IMG/VR virus record: IMGVR_UViG_3300046167_000801
Length of the DNA: 64,000 bases
Reading direction: 5' to 3' (one strand)
Source of the DNA: a virus
Lineage: Duplodnaviria; Caudoviricetes
Shown here: in pieces, positions 19,091 to 27,450 of the stretch
Layout: each line of letters starts with the position of its first letter
Position numbering within the stretch: position 1 is the first letter of the stretch
Notes under the pieces: generated by a model
Told to the model about the DNA's origin: nothing
The model's input: only the letters and a program-made list of their open reading frames with translations
Databases searched by the model: none
Translations under genes and position numbers: made by a program

Positions 19091-19769
19091 ACAACACATG
19101 AAATCAAATTTAATCAGTTCTTTAGTAAACAAAGAATTAAATGAAAGATTTAATTTAAATAATGATTTAAGACTCTTTTTAGAGAGTATGGAAGGTCAAG
19201 ATGATGTAGAGAACGACGAAAAGGATATAAAGACCTTAGACACGATTATAGGTGTGTTAGACAAGGTTAAGGATACTGACATGTCTGATGAAGAAATAGA
19301 ACAAAGTATGGACGAAGGAATTCTTGATTCTTTGGGTTCTTTATTAGGTTTAACGGGAGACGTTAATAATCCAGGTGAAGGTGGTGTTGGGGACATTGCC
19401 TCAGGAACTGCAATGACACAAATGAAAGAATGGTTGATACGTAAATTCTTAATAAATTTCATGGGAATGGATAGTGGAAAATTAGTCAGTTTCCTTTCAG
19501 GTTCTTTATCCGAACTTAGTGTATCCGCATTACTTTCAATTGCTCAGGGAACAACTAACTGTAAGGAACATAGTGACGAAATTGCAGATGCATTTATGAT
19601 CGGTATATCAAGAATGATAATGGGAGATGCGGAACGAGATTCTATGGGTTATAATGTATTGAAGAATGTAATGGATGAATTCCTTAAAAATTCTAATGCT
19701 GGAGAATATATTTCCGAGAAAGTATGTTCATTTGACCTTAGAGGTTCTATAAAATCTTCATTTTCATAA
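19077..19769 (+). CDS. Hypothetical (putative virion) protein
   Basis: 230-aa ORF co-oriented with late cluster. Confidence 0.7.
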   Translation: MIKNRQHMKSNLISSLVNKELNERFNLNNDLRLFLESMEGQDDVENDEKDIKTLDTIIGVLDKVKDTDMSDEEIEQSMDEGILDSLGSLLGLTGDVNNPGEGGVGDIASGTAMTQMKEWLIRKFLINFMGMDSGKLVSFLSGSLSELSVSALLSIAQGTTNCKEHSDEIADAFMIGISRMIMGDAERDSMGYNVLKNVMDEFLKNSNAGEYISEKVCSFDLRGSIKSSFS

Positions 19770-19790
19770 AACTAAAAAAAAATGTTAATT

Positions 19791-19815
19791 AACCTCACAA
19801 ATGTGGGGTTTTTTT
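19791..19815 (+). terminator. Rho-independent terminator
   Basis: AACCTCAC-AAAT-GTGGGGTT followed by T-run. Confidence 0.8.
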
Positions 19816-19841
19816 ATGACTAAAAGATATTTATAGTTATG

Positions 19842-19940
19842 AGGTCAGTACTTTGGTCGGTACTTGATTGATAAACGAAAATAAACGAAAAGGAGGTGAA
19901 TTAATAATCTCGACAAAGGGGTCTATCGACCTCTTTGTTT
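19842..19940 (+). ncRNA. Candidate small structured RNA (element A)
   Basis: Follows TATTTATA (19828-19835); ends in hairpin ACAAAGGGGTC-TATC-GACCTCTTTGT; shares blocks with 29949-30021; contains AAAGGAGGTG. Confidence 0.4.
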
Positions 19941-20207
19941 GTTTACAATACTTTGTAATTCATTAAGTGTTTGTTTCTTCTGACTATCAATCTTAGTAAT
20001 TCTCTGAGTCTCATATTTTTTCATGTATTTCTCCTCAAATGTACTACCCACCCCTAATTCTACTATAGTTGCTTCATCAGGAATTAAAGGTTTTCTTTTT
20101 TTGGTTGTAATAATATCATCCACATAGACATTTTCAAATACTTTTAAATAATATTTGTCTTTCTTTCGGTATGTTATTTTATAAACTACAACAACAGGTA
20201 TCTTCAT
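19923..20207 (-). CDS. Hypothetical protein
   Basis: Start reassigned to MKIPVVVVY at 20207. Confidence 0.65.
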   Translation of the reverse strand: MKIPVVVVYKITYRKKDKYYLKVFENVYVDDIITTKKRKPLIPDEATIVELGVGSTFEEKYMKKYETQRITKIDSQKKQTLNELQSIVNKQRGR

Positions 20208-20222
20208 ATTTTTGATCATAAA

Positions 20223-20248
20223 AAAAGGGACCACTGAGGATCCCTTTT
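20223..20248 (-). terminator. Terminator downstream of tmRNA
   Basis: AAAAGGGA...TCCCTTTT inverted repeat with flanking A-run. Confidence 0.7.
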
Positions 20249-20257
20249 CACACTTAG

Positions 20258-20640
20258 TGGAGGTGGAGGGTTTCGAACCCTCGTCTTGCTCGTCCCAACC
20301 ATAGAGGACTACACGTTTAGGTCAATATCGATTCTCAATATTCCGAAATATGTGATTGAATTTTTACATCCTCCATCACCAATAGATGTACGACTCGATT
20401 TAAGGTTCAGTCGTTTTTCTACCTTTGTAAGACTTCTGTTCCTAGGTTATATGTCCCGACCCGTTGTAGAGATAACCTTAGGCTACCGCTACTTTAGAAT
20501 CAACAGATACAAGACCCATTAATCCCATTTGTGAATAAACGTCTCCGTCTAAAAAACATCTCCATAGATTTAAGTGATAGGAAATATCTCACTACGTGCC
20601 CTGTTATAATTGACTACGCCAATCAATTCCAGTCACCCCC
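20258..20640 (-). ncRNA. ssrA: tmRNA (transfer-messenger RNA)
   Basis: 5' GGGGGTGACTGGAATTGA pairs with 3' CACCTCC-A (G3:U Ala identity pair); T-arm GAGGG-TTCGAAA-CCCTC; internal tag ORF 20546-20478 GDVYSQMGLMGLVSVDSKVAVA* after TTAGAC resume context. Confidence 0.92.
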
Positions 20641-20645
20641 ATTAA

Positions 20646-20882
20646 TTACTTAACTTCTTTCAAAGAGGGACCATCACCTTTTGAAGGTTTTCTTCTTGGT
20701 TTTCTTCTTGGTTTCTTCTTAGGTTTTGTAAAATCCTCTTCGAATTTTTCAAACTTTTCGACCTTAGGTTTTCTCTTTGGTCTTGGTTTTCTCTTTGGTT
20801 TAGGTTTGGAAACCTCAACAGGTTTCACTTCTTCCTTTTTAACTCCGAAAAGTTTCTTAAAAAAATCTATAATTTTTCTCAT
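20646..20882 (-). CDS. Small Lys/Arg/Pro-rich basic protein
   Basis: KPKPKRKPRPKRKPK and KPKKKPRRKPRRKPSK repeats. Confidence 0.7.
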   Translation of the reverse strand: MRKIIDFFKKLFGVKKEEVKPVEVSKPKPKRKPRPKRKPKVEKFEKFEEDFTKPKKKPRRKPRRKPSKGDGPSLKEVK

Positions 20883-20934
20883 AATTTATTGTTTATAGGT
20901 AAATATACCTCTATTAGTGTAAAATGTAAAGGTT

Positions 20935-21612
20935 TTATTCTTGAGTTGTGCAATCCAACGGAAAATTTTTCTCATACAACGCCTCAAAGAACAGTTTGTT
21001 TTTTAACCATTTCTTGTCAGTTTCTCCGATAGATTTATGATAAAGTTTAATTTTGGTGGTTACTCCCACTTTAACACCTTCTAAATGATTGAGTACACAT
21101 ATTGGTAAATCATAGAAATGAAAACCTTCAAAACGATCATCAAAGTTTTTCTTAATCCTATTTTTATTTATCATCATGAATAATCCGTCAATGATCACGA
21201 CCTCCTTTATATTGTCCCCAAAAGATTTTGAATATTTTGACATGTATTTTTGTGGACCATTAATATGACCTACCTGTCCTTGCATATTTTCTCTGTGTTG
21301 CCACCATTGACCTGATACTAATTTATCAGTACCCGCAAGACCTAAAATACCATAATCGGGGTTTCTATCGAATAATTTTATGATTTTAGGTGTAAGGTTT
21401 TTAGTTTCAAACTCTAAATCATCATGTATAAAAACAACAATATCATTTTTAGATTTCTCTAAACCTTCATTATATATGTCGGTTAAAGATCTATCCCCAT
21501 TGTTCTCATAGACTAAATATTCATTTTTAGGGTGAGAAAAGAACTTCTTTACGTGATCTAAATAATTTTGTTCTATTTTACGTGTTGAATAAACTACAGT
21601 TATTGTATTCAT
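20935..21612 (-). CDS. Glycosyltransferase-like family protein (Glyco_tranf_2_5 type)
   Basis: YNEGLEKSKNDIVVFIHDDL, VVIIDGLFM, FEGFHFYDLPIC. Confidence 0.85.
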   Translation of the reverse strand: MNTITVVYSTRKIEQNYLDHVKKFFSHPKNEYLVYENNGDRSLTDIYNEGLEKSKNDIVVFIHDDLEFETKNLTPKIIKLFDRNPDYGILGLAGTDKLVSGQWWQHRENMQGQVGHINGPQKYMSKYSKSFGDNIKEVVIIDGLFMMINKNRIKKNFDDRFEGFHFYDLPICVLNHLEGVKVGVTTKIKLYHKSIGETDKKWLKNKLFFEALYEKNFPLDCTTQE

Positions 21613-21662
21613 AAAAGGTGTTTTCAGGAAGTGTAAAATGAAATATAAGTAAAATTAATTAT

Positions 21663-21842
21663 TTAATCAAGTGTGTTTAAAATTTCTTCCAATGCTCGTT
21701 GGTATAGAGGTACCATCATATCACTTGTTTTTATTTTAGGTTGGTCCATTTTAGAAACGTGATTACGTAATCTTTCTGTAAGTCCCAATTTATGGGCCCT
21801 ATAGAATATCTCCTCTATTTCGTCACTACTTGACCAACTCAT
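21663..21842 (-). CDS. Small hypothetical protein (59 aa)
   Basis: Hand translation MSWSSSDEIEEIFYRAHKLG...ALEEILNTLD; start overlaps upstream stop. Confidence 0.6.
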   Translation of the reverse strand: MSWSSSDEIEEIFYRAHKLGLTERLRNHVSKMDQPKIKTSDMMVPLYQRALEEILNTLD

Positions 21843-21964
21843 TACTTATAACTGTCTATTTTTTGTTGTAATTTCTGAATCTGTTTTTTTATCTCTTTAG
21901 TTTGTTGTTTAAACTTAAGTTTTAAAATCTCAGAAATAACTCTTTTTTTATCTATGAACCCCAT
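21842..21964 (-). CDS. Small coiled-coil protein (40 aa)
   Basis: Hand translation MGFIDKKRVISEILKLKFKQQTKEIKKQIQKLQQKIDSYK. Confidence 0.55.
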   Translation of the reverse strand: MGFIDKKRVISEILKLKFKQQTKEIKKQIQKLQQKIDSYK

Positions 21965-21995
21965 ATTAATAAGTATGTCAATTTATTGAAATTTA

Positions 21996-22072
21996 TGGTG
22001 GACCTTGATGGGCTCGAACCATCGACCTATCCGTTATGAGCGGAGTGCTCTAACCAACTGAGCTAAAAGTCC
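21996..22072 (-). tRNA. tRNA with CAT anticodon, most likely tRNA-Ile2
   Basis: GGACTTTTAGCTCAGTTGGTTAGAGCA...CTCATAA...GGTTCGAGCC...AAGGTCCACCA; acceptor stem resembles bacterial Ile2 rather than Met; CCA encoded. Confidence 0.9.
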
Positions 22073-22088
22073 TTTATTTAACACTTTG

Positions 22089-22162
22089 TGAACCCGGTAG
22101 GATTCGAACCTACGACCGTCTCCTTAGAAGGGAGATGCTCTATCCAGCTGAGCTACGAGTCC
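22089..22162 (-). tRNA. tRNA-Arg(TCT)
   Basis: Cloverleaf; anticodon arm TCTCC-CTTCTAA-GGAGA; no encoded CCA. Confidence 0.93.
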
Positions 22163-22166
22163 ATTT

Positions 22167-22255
22167 TGGTACCTCGGGCCGGGGTCGAACCGGCACGGAC
22201 ATTACTGTCCACAGGATTTTAAGTCCGGCGTGTCTACCAATTCCACCACCGAGGC
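22167..22255 (-). tRNA. tRNA-Leu(TAA)
   Basis: GCCTCGGTGGTGGAATTGGTAGACACG...CTTAAAA...long variable arm GGACAGTAATGTCC...ACCA. Confidence 0.93.
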
Positions 22256-22312
22256 ATGGTGTAAATGTAAGAACGAATATTAATAAAATCAACCCCCTAC
22301 CCCATATAAACA

Positions 22313-22339
22313 AAAAAACCCCACATTTCTGTGGGGTTT
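22313..22339. terminator. Terminator hairpin
   Basis: AAAAAAACCCCAC-ATTTCT-GTGGGGTTT. Confidence 0.75.
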
Positions 22340-22366
22340 ACTATCATTCTTTAACGTTTATTTTGA

Positions 22367-22690
22367 CTAATCAGTCAATACTTGTTTAGATGTTTTTACG
22401 GGTTCACACCCATCCTTATCGATCTTAGTTATCCTATTCTCGAATTTATCAAACCTACTATCGATATGTCGATATAGGTCATCTACTCGGTCTTCAAGGT
22501 TCTTAACCTCTTGATCCACTCTAAGGTGAATCTCTCTTTGATTATTATCTAAATCTAATTGTGTTCCATTTATGACTTCCTCGAAATCATTAGAACGTTG
22601 TTTAACCTTAACTATACCTACTATAGCGTACCCTAAACCGAACACACCAATTGCTGTAAGCATACCTAAAACGAATTCTAAATTTTCCAT
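22367..22690 (-). CDS. N-terminally membrane-anchored coiled-coil protein
   Basis: FVLGMLTAIGVFGLGYAIVGIV TM followed by heptad-rich region. Confidence 0.7.
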   Translation of the reverse strand: MENLEFVLGMLTAIGVFGLGYAIVGIVKVKQRSNDFEEVINGTQLDLDNNQREIHLRVDQEVKNLEDRVDDLYRHIDSRFDKFENRITKIDKDGCEPVKTSKQVLTD

Positions 22691-22733
22691 AATTTTTAAT
22701 TTTAATTTAGTTTATGTCAAAGAACGATAGTTG

Positions 22734-22805
22734 TACTCCGTAGGAGAATCGAACTCCTATTACCAGGATGAAAACCTGGCGTCCTAACCGTTAGACGAAC
22801 GGAGC
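22734..22805 (-). tRNA. tRNA-Glu(TTC)
   Basis: GCTCCGTTCGTCTAACGGTTAGGACGCCAGG-TTTTCAT-CCTGG...GTTCGATTC...ACGGAGTA. Confidence 0.92.
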
Positions 22806-22891
22806 TATAATCTCCAAATCCTCACTTTTTTAAGTGGTAGCCAGAGTCGTATTGTTTTCAAAATAAGGTATTCCTTAAATCTTCTAACCAT
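22805..22891 (-). CDS. Possible 28-aa basic/hydrophobic peptide
   Basis: MVRRFKEYLILKTIRLWLPLKKVRIWRL*; TATTTATA motif 5 nt upstream (22896-22903); stop overlaps tRNA-Glu position 1. Confidence 0.4.
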   Translation of the reverse strand: MVRRFKEYLILKTIRLWLPLKKVRIWRL

Positions 22892-22995
22892 ACTTTATAA
22901 ATAATACGATTTTTTTTTCATTTAATCAAATGTAAATAACAAAGTATTTATAGTAAGGTCAAGTGATTGACCCATAAAAAGTAAAAATTAAAGTT

Positions 22996-23229
22996 ATGGC
23001 ATTTAAAGACTTATTTAAAGATGAAAACGACATCAACGAAAAATCAGTTGTAGGTTTTCTGTCATTCGCGATAATGGTTTTATTCGCGTTTGCTGATTTA
23101 CTTACAGGGTACTTTGGTAAGGACCTTGTAATTAATGAGTTTATTTATAACTCATTTGTAGTTATTACATTAGGTTCTTTTGGTATTGCTGAGGTTGGTA
23201 AGATCTTCGGTAAAAAAGGACAGGAATAA
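22996..23229 (+). CDS. Small two-TM membrane protein, holin-like
   Basis: Two hydrophobic helices, basic C-terminus, directly upstream of endolysin. Confidence 0.6.
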   Translation: MAFKDLFKDENDINEKSVVGFLSFAIMVLFAFADLLTGYFGKDLVINEFIYNSFVVITLGSFGIAEVGKIFGKKGQE

Positions 23230-23241
23230 AAAAATAAAATT

Positions 23242-24123
23242 ATGATTTTAAAAATTGGATCAAGAGGGAAAGAAGTCAAAGAACTTCAAGAATTTCTTGA
23301 AATCGGAGCGGATGGTATCTTCGGTTCAGGAACTGACTCATCAGTTAAAGAATGGCAGTCCAAAAATGGTTTGGGGGTTGACGGTATTGTCGGTCCTGCC
23401 ACTTGGGACGCTATGGGTCTTGCTACTACTGATAATTCAGAAAAAACGTATGAAACGGAAAACGGTTTGATAATAAACCGACATTTCTTACCTGTTGGTG
23501 AGTACAAACAAGGACCCACAAATAAAGAATACGCTTTTATACATCACACAGCGGGGTGGCATAACCCATACAATTGTATTGACCAATGGTCGAGAGATAG
23601 TAGGGGTGCAGTCGCAACCGAATTCGTATTAGGTGGTCAATCGGTTAAAGGAAATGACACTAAATATGACGGTGAAGTTGTACACGCGTTCCCTGAAGGA
23701 TCGTATGGTTGGCATTTAGGTAAAAACGGATCTCAACACATGCACACTCACTCGGTTGCTATTGAGGTATGTAACTTCGGTTATGTGAAAGATGGTAAAA
23801 CATATGCAGGTACAAGAGTTGCGGAAGATCAGATAGTTACATTATCACAACCATTCAGAGGTTACAAAGATTGGCATAGATACTCTGACAAACAAATTGA
23901 ATCACTACACAAATGGATTCTTTGGATATCTGAGAGAGATAGTATTGATGTACGTAAAGGTCTACCCGATCTTATTCGTAAGATAGGTGTATCTGCCTTT
24001 GAATTTCAAGAAGACGCATATTACGGAAGAGTTAAAGGACTATGGACACATACAAATACACGTAAGGATAAATCTGATATGTTCCCACAACAGGAACTTA
24101 TCGATATGTTGTTAAGTCTATAA
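23242..24123 (+). CDS. Endolysin: PG-binding domain + N-acetylmuramoyl-L-alanine amidase (Amidase_2)
   Basis: ADGIFGSGT...VDGIVGPATW; AFIHHTAG, GWHLG, SVAIEVCN, LWTHTN...KSD. Confidence 0.85.
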   Translation: MILKIGSRGKEVKELQEFLEIGADGIFGSGTDSSVKEWQSKNGLGVDGIVGPATWDAMGLATTDNSEKTYETENGLIINRHFLPVGEYKQGPTNKEYAFIHHTAGWHNPYNCIDQWSRDSRGAVATEFVLGGQSVKGNDTKYDGEVVHAFPEGSYGWHLGKNGSQHMHTHSVAIEVCNFGYVKDGKTYAGTRVAEDQIVTLSQPFRGYKDWHRYSDKQIESLHKWILWISERDSIDVRKGLPDLIRKIGVSAFEFQEDAYYGRVKGLWTHTNTRKDKSDMFPQQELIDMLLSL

Positions 24124-24144
24124 TTAAACTATATAGGTTGGTGT

Positions 24145-25344
24145 ATGAAAAATTTAATAAGATTTATCGTATTCTCTATTTTATGCACCAATGCGTATGG
24201 TCAAACTACTACAGTAAACATAAGGTCACTTAAGACTCATTACGGTGGGAATCAATCAGGTCAATATTATACAGGTAATGCTAATTCGCACTCAGAATTT
24301 GACGCTATGGTTAATCTTGCCGATGGCGGTACTACACTCTATACAGAAGGACCTGTAGATATAACAAGTTATCAAGGTCCAAGAGGTGGTAATCATACTC
24401 CTTATCAACTATGGAACCCACCAAGATGGAGTACTAATAGTGGAAGGTATGCAATTATTTATTCTGGTTGGTTTAAACCTAACAAATCAGGTACATATCG
24501 ATTTAGAACTTTCACAGATGACTCACATGAGTTTATGATTAAAGGTATTGGTAAGACTAATGATATAGTTACTAAACATTATGGTTGGAATGTATGGGCT
24601 TATGGTACGGCAACCCTAGATAAAACTGTATGGTATGAATTTGAATATAGAATACAGAATTTTGGTGGTATAGGTGCTGCAAATTTCCAATATGAAATAC
24701 CCGCTAACTACAATACAGGTCAATTTAATCAACTCAGTCCTAGTCATCCATTTGCAGAATGGTCTGCTACCGACCCTAACGCTGTACCAATCACGGCAAG
24801 TGGTTATATTAAAGGGGGAGAAGAACAAGGTATTGGAGGACAAACAGTTTATCTAAAGACACAGAATAAAAATCAAGTCGGTTTTTCATATACGACTCAA
24901 GCAACAACAACAACAGATTCAAATGGGTATTATTCTTTTAATACCACATTAAATTACAACGATTACGATTTTACAATAGATATTAATCCGTCATTAGGAA
25001 CACTTATAACCACAGATATAAATTGGTTTCAAGATAGATTATTATCAGACACATTCAGTTCAAAAGATTATTGGAGAATGGATGTGAATAATACAGGTTC
25101 GTTTTCTGTCTCTGATATCTATCTAATGCACCAGAGGAGACACGGTAACATTTCTAGTTACCCTGGTGGGGGACAAGAAATATGGAACACAAATTCTTGG
25201 CAAAACCCAACCATTTGGCCGGCAGTTGCTGCGGATTCAGACGATAAAACGATATACGTTGGTTACGGATCATGGTCTCTATTTGATTTAGCCAATGGAA
25301 ATCAGACAACATTCTATTTATTAAGAGTAGGACATAAAAATTAA
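24145..25344 (+). CDS. Exported protein: PA14 domain + Ig/Cna-B-like domain + dockerin-like domain
   Basis: Signal peptide AYG|Q; YSGWFKPNKSGTYRFRTFTDDSHEFMI (PA14); TTTTDSNGYYSF; RMDVNNTGSFSVSDIY. Confidence 0.75.
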   Translation: MKNLIRFIVFSILCTNAYGQTTTVNIRSLKTHYGGNQSGQYYTGNANSHSEFDAMVNLADGGTTLYTEGPVDITSYQGPRGGNHTPYQLWNPPRWSTNSGRYAIIYSGWFKPNKSGTYRFRTFTDDSHEFMIKGIGKTNDIVTKHYGWNVWAYGTATLDKTVWYEFEYRIQNFGGIGAANFQYEIPANYNTGQFNQLSPSHPFAEWSATDPNAVPITASGYIKGGEEQGIGGQTVYLKTQNKNQVGFSYTTQATTTTDSNGYYSFNTTLNYNDYDFTIDINPSLGTLITTDINWFQDRLLSDTFSSKDYWRMDVNNTGSFSVSDIYLMHQRRHGNISSYPGGGQEIWNTNSWQNPTIWPAVAADSDDKTIYVGYGSWSLFDLANGNQTTFYLLRVGHKN

Positions 25345-25362
25345 AAAAGTAAAAAAAAAACG

Positions 25363-26457
25363 ATGAAACTTAAAAACATTTTTCTAACACTATCTTTGCT
25401 AATTGGTACGATGACTGTCTTCGGGCAGACGACTTCACCTGACGCAACTAAACCTTATATTATCTTTGATTCAACTTACACTTTAGAATCCACCTCATCA
25501 ACCTCAAACACAACATTTGACATTTATTACGATAATACGTCGGGTAATGATGTTAAAGGTATTCAGTTTTCATTTAATTATGATAACACGGTATTTGATG
25601 AACCCACTTTAACATATAACAATACATCTGGCCCTGCCGGGTATTTGTCTTATGATGTCGATTCAACAAGTGGAGTTATAAAAGTGGTATGGGTTTATTC
25701 AGGATCATCTACCACTTTCGATATGATTGCGGGTAACATGTTTACAGTAAATGCCCCTTTTCTTTCTAACTATACAAACTCGGCAGTTGCGGACGTAGAT
25801 TTTACTACCGACCTTACCGCTTATTATGTAAAGTCTGATGGGACTGATGGGGTATTGGGTACACAAGATAATGGTGGTAATTTTATAGAACCGGCATTTG
25901 ATTATACCGCCACAATTCTAAATAGTGGGACAAATCCAGCAGACTCTATTGATGTAATATTACAAAAATCGTCAGATGGTTCGTCTTGGACAGATGTTAC
26001 CACAGTAACAACCAACTCGAATGGGGAGTCGGTGTTCTCAGAAAATTTAGATCAGGATTATTGGCAAATTAGACTCAAGATTGCAAGTGGTTTAGATGCG
26101 AGTACCGCACTATCAACTGCAGATGCTAATATGATCGCACAAATTGCTGCGGGGGTACAATCACCATCAGGAATTCAGTTCTATACTGCGAATACAAATC
26201 AAAATAATGGAATTACCGCATCGGATTCATATATGGTATTCTCTAGATTAGCACAAGGTAACTCAAGTTATTCTTCTAATCCAGATGTATTGTTCTTTAC
26301 TGAAGCACAGTATACTACTATTAGTAGTGCAACATCAGATCAGTCTAGTTCTATACCGGGTCTAACGGAGTTTTTATCTCCATTAATTAATAACACAACT
26401 ACGGGTAACTTCTACTTATTAATATTAGGAGATGCCAATGGAACAGGTTTAAATTAA
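25363..26457 (+). CDS. Exported protein: cohesin-like domain + Ig-like domain + dockerin-like domain
   Basis: Signal peptide VFG|Q; KGIQFSFNYDNTVF (cohesin-like); STADANMIAQ...YTANTNQNNGITASD...LLILGDANGTG. Confidence 0.7.
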   Translation: MKLKNIFLTLSLLIGTMTVFGQTTSPDATKPYIIFDSTYTLESTSSTSNTTFDIYYDNTSGNDVKGIQFSFNYDNTVFDEPTLTYNNTSGPAGYLSYDVDSTSGVIKVVWVYSGSSTTFDMIAGNMFTVNAPFLSNYTNSAVADVDFTTDLTAYYVKSDGTDGVLGTQDNGGNFIEPAFDYTATILNSGTNPADSIDVILQKSSDGSSWTDVTTVTTNSNGESVFSENLDQDYWQIRLKIASGLDASTALSTADANMIAQIAAGVQSPSGIQFYTANTNQNNGITASDSYMVFSRLAQGNSSYSSNPDVLFFTEAQYTTISSATSDQSSSIPGLTEFLSPLINNTTTGNFYLLILGDANGTGLN

Positions 26458-26458
26458 T

Positions 26459-27196
26459 ATGAGATTATTATTACTGACATTAGTATTAATATTCACAACA
26501 AGTGCACAATCTCAGGTCGTATTTAATGTACCTGAGATTGAAGTACCTGTAAGTGATTACATTAATCTACCCATAGAAATTGAAACTGAGGGTGAGATTG
26601 TCGGTAGTCTTGAATTTGCATTGAATTACGATCCAAACTATTTAGAGTTTGTGTCAATTACGGTGACACCCAAGGCACAGGAGTGGTTAACCTATACAAT
26701 GGACTGGGAAGGCGAAACTGTTAGATGGGGAGGTTATGATCCCTCCTTCGGTAATTTTACCATAATCAATACAACAGAATTATTTACGGTAAGATTTAAA
26801 GTTACTGATCAAAATTGGACAGAAATTCCAATTACAATAGGTAGGAAAACTGCGGGTACCGAATTAGGTTGGGATATTGAAGTTGAAAATACGGATGGGT
26901 ATGTTAATAAACGATCAATGCCTTTCGATACTAGACCTACTGACGGTATTTATGGGATTGTTTATCCAGTCCCAACTAAAGGTCCCATTACGTTCGACCT
27001 GACAGTACCAGATAATGGAGATTATATTATTAGAGTATTAAACTATGGGGGATTAGAATTTTTAAAAGAGAGGAAGTCTTTTTTCGCGGGATGGGTACAA
27101 TTTCAAATGGACTTATCTTCATTACCACAAGGTGTTTATCTCTTACATATTACTAACGGACAATTTGTAAAAACATTTAAAACAATAAAACAATGA
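26459..27196 (+). CDS. Exported cohesin-domain protein with T9SS type A C-terminal sorting domain
   Basis: Signal peptide AQS|Q; LPIEI...VGSLEFALNYDPNYLEFVSI (cohesin); VYPVPTKG...IRVLNYGG...MDLSSLPQGVYLLHI...KTFKTIKQ (T9SS CTD). Confidence 0.85.
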   Translation: MRLLLLTLVLIFTTSAQSQVVFNVPEIEVPVSDYINLPIEIETEGEIVGSLEFALNYDPNYLEFVSITVTPKAQEWLTYTMDWEGETVRWGGYDPSFGNFTIINTTELFTVRFKVTDQNWTEIPITIGRKTAGTELGWDIEVENTDGYVNKRSMPFDTRPTDGIYGIVYPVPTKGPITFDLTVPDNGDYIIRVLNYGGLEFLKERKSFFAGWVQFQMDLSSLPQGVYLLHITNGQFVKTFKTIKQ

Positions 27197-27450
27197 GTAA
27201 AAATAAAGGATTTTTTTCAGAAATTAAAAACCAAATAGTAACAGGTATTGGTTTAGTTATAACGGCGGGTTTCGGACTATTAATTGCTAACATGCAATCT
27301 GTATTTGAACCTAAAGAAGAAAAGGTAAATTTACCTGTCATGGAACAAAAAATAAATACCCCAAGTAGTATAAAGGATACTTTGGTAATAACTAAAACAA
27401 TTGTTATACCTCCTAAGAAAGAGAAAAAAGAAGAAGACATAACATGGTAA
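27193..27450 (+). CDS. Small single-TM membrane-anchored protein
   Basis: IVTGIGLVITAGFGLLIA TM; Pro/Lys/Glu-rich tail. Confidence 0.7.
   Translation: MSKNKGFFSEIKNQIVTGIGLVITAGFGLLIANMQSVFEPKEEKVNLPVMEQKINTPSSIKDTLVITKTIVIPPKKEKKEEDITW

Noticed and set aside
20286-20522. 78-aa + strand ORF in track
   Set aside because: Lies antisense within the tmRNA.
22135-22389. 84-aa + strand ORF in track
   Set aside because: Antisense to tRNA-Arg/tRNA-Leu; typical tRNA shadow translation.
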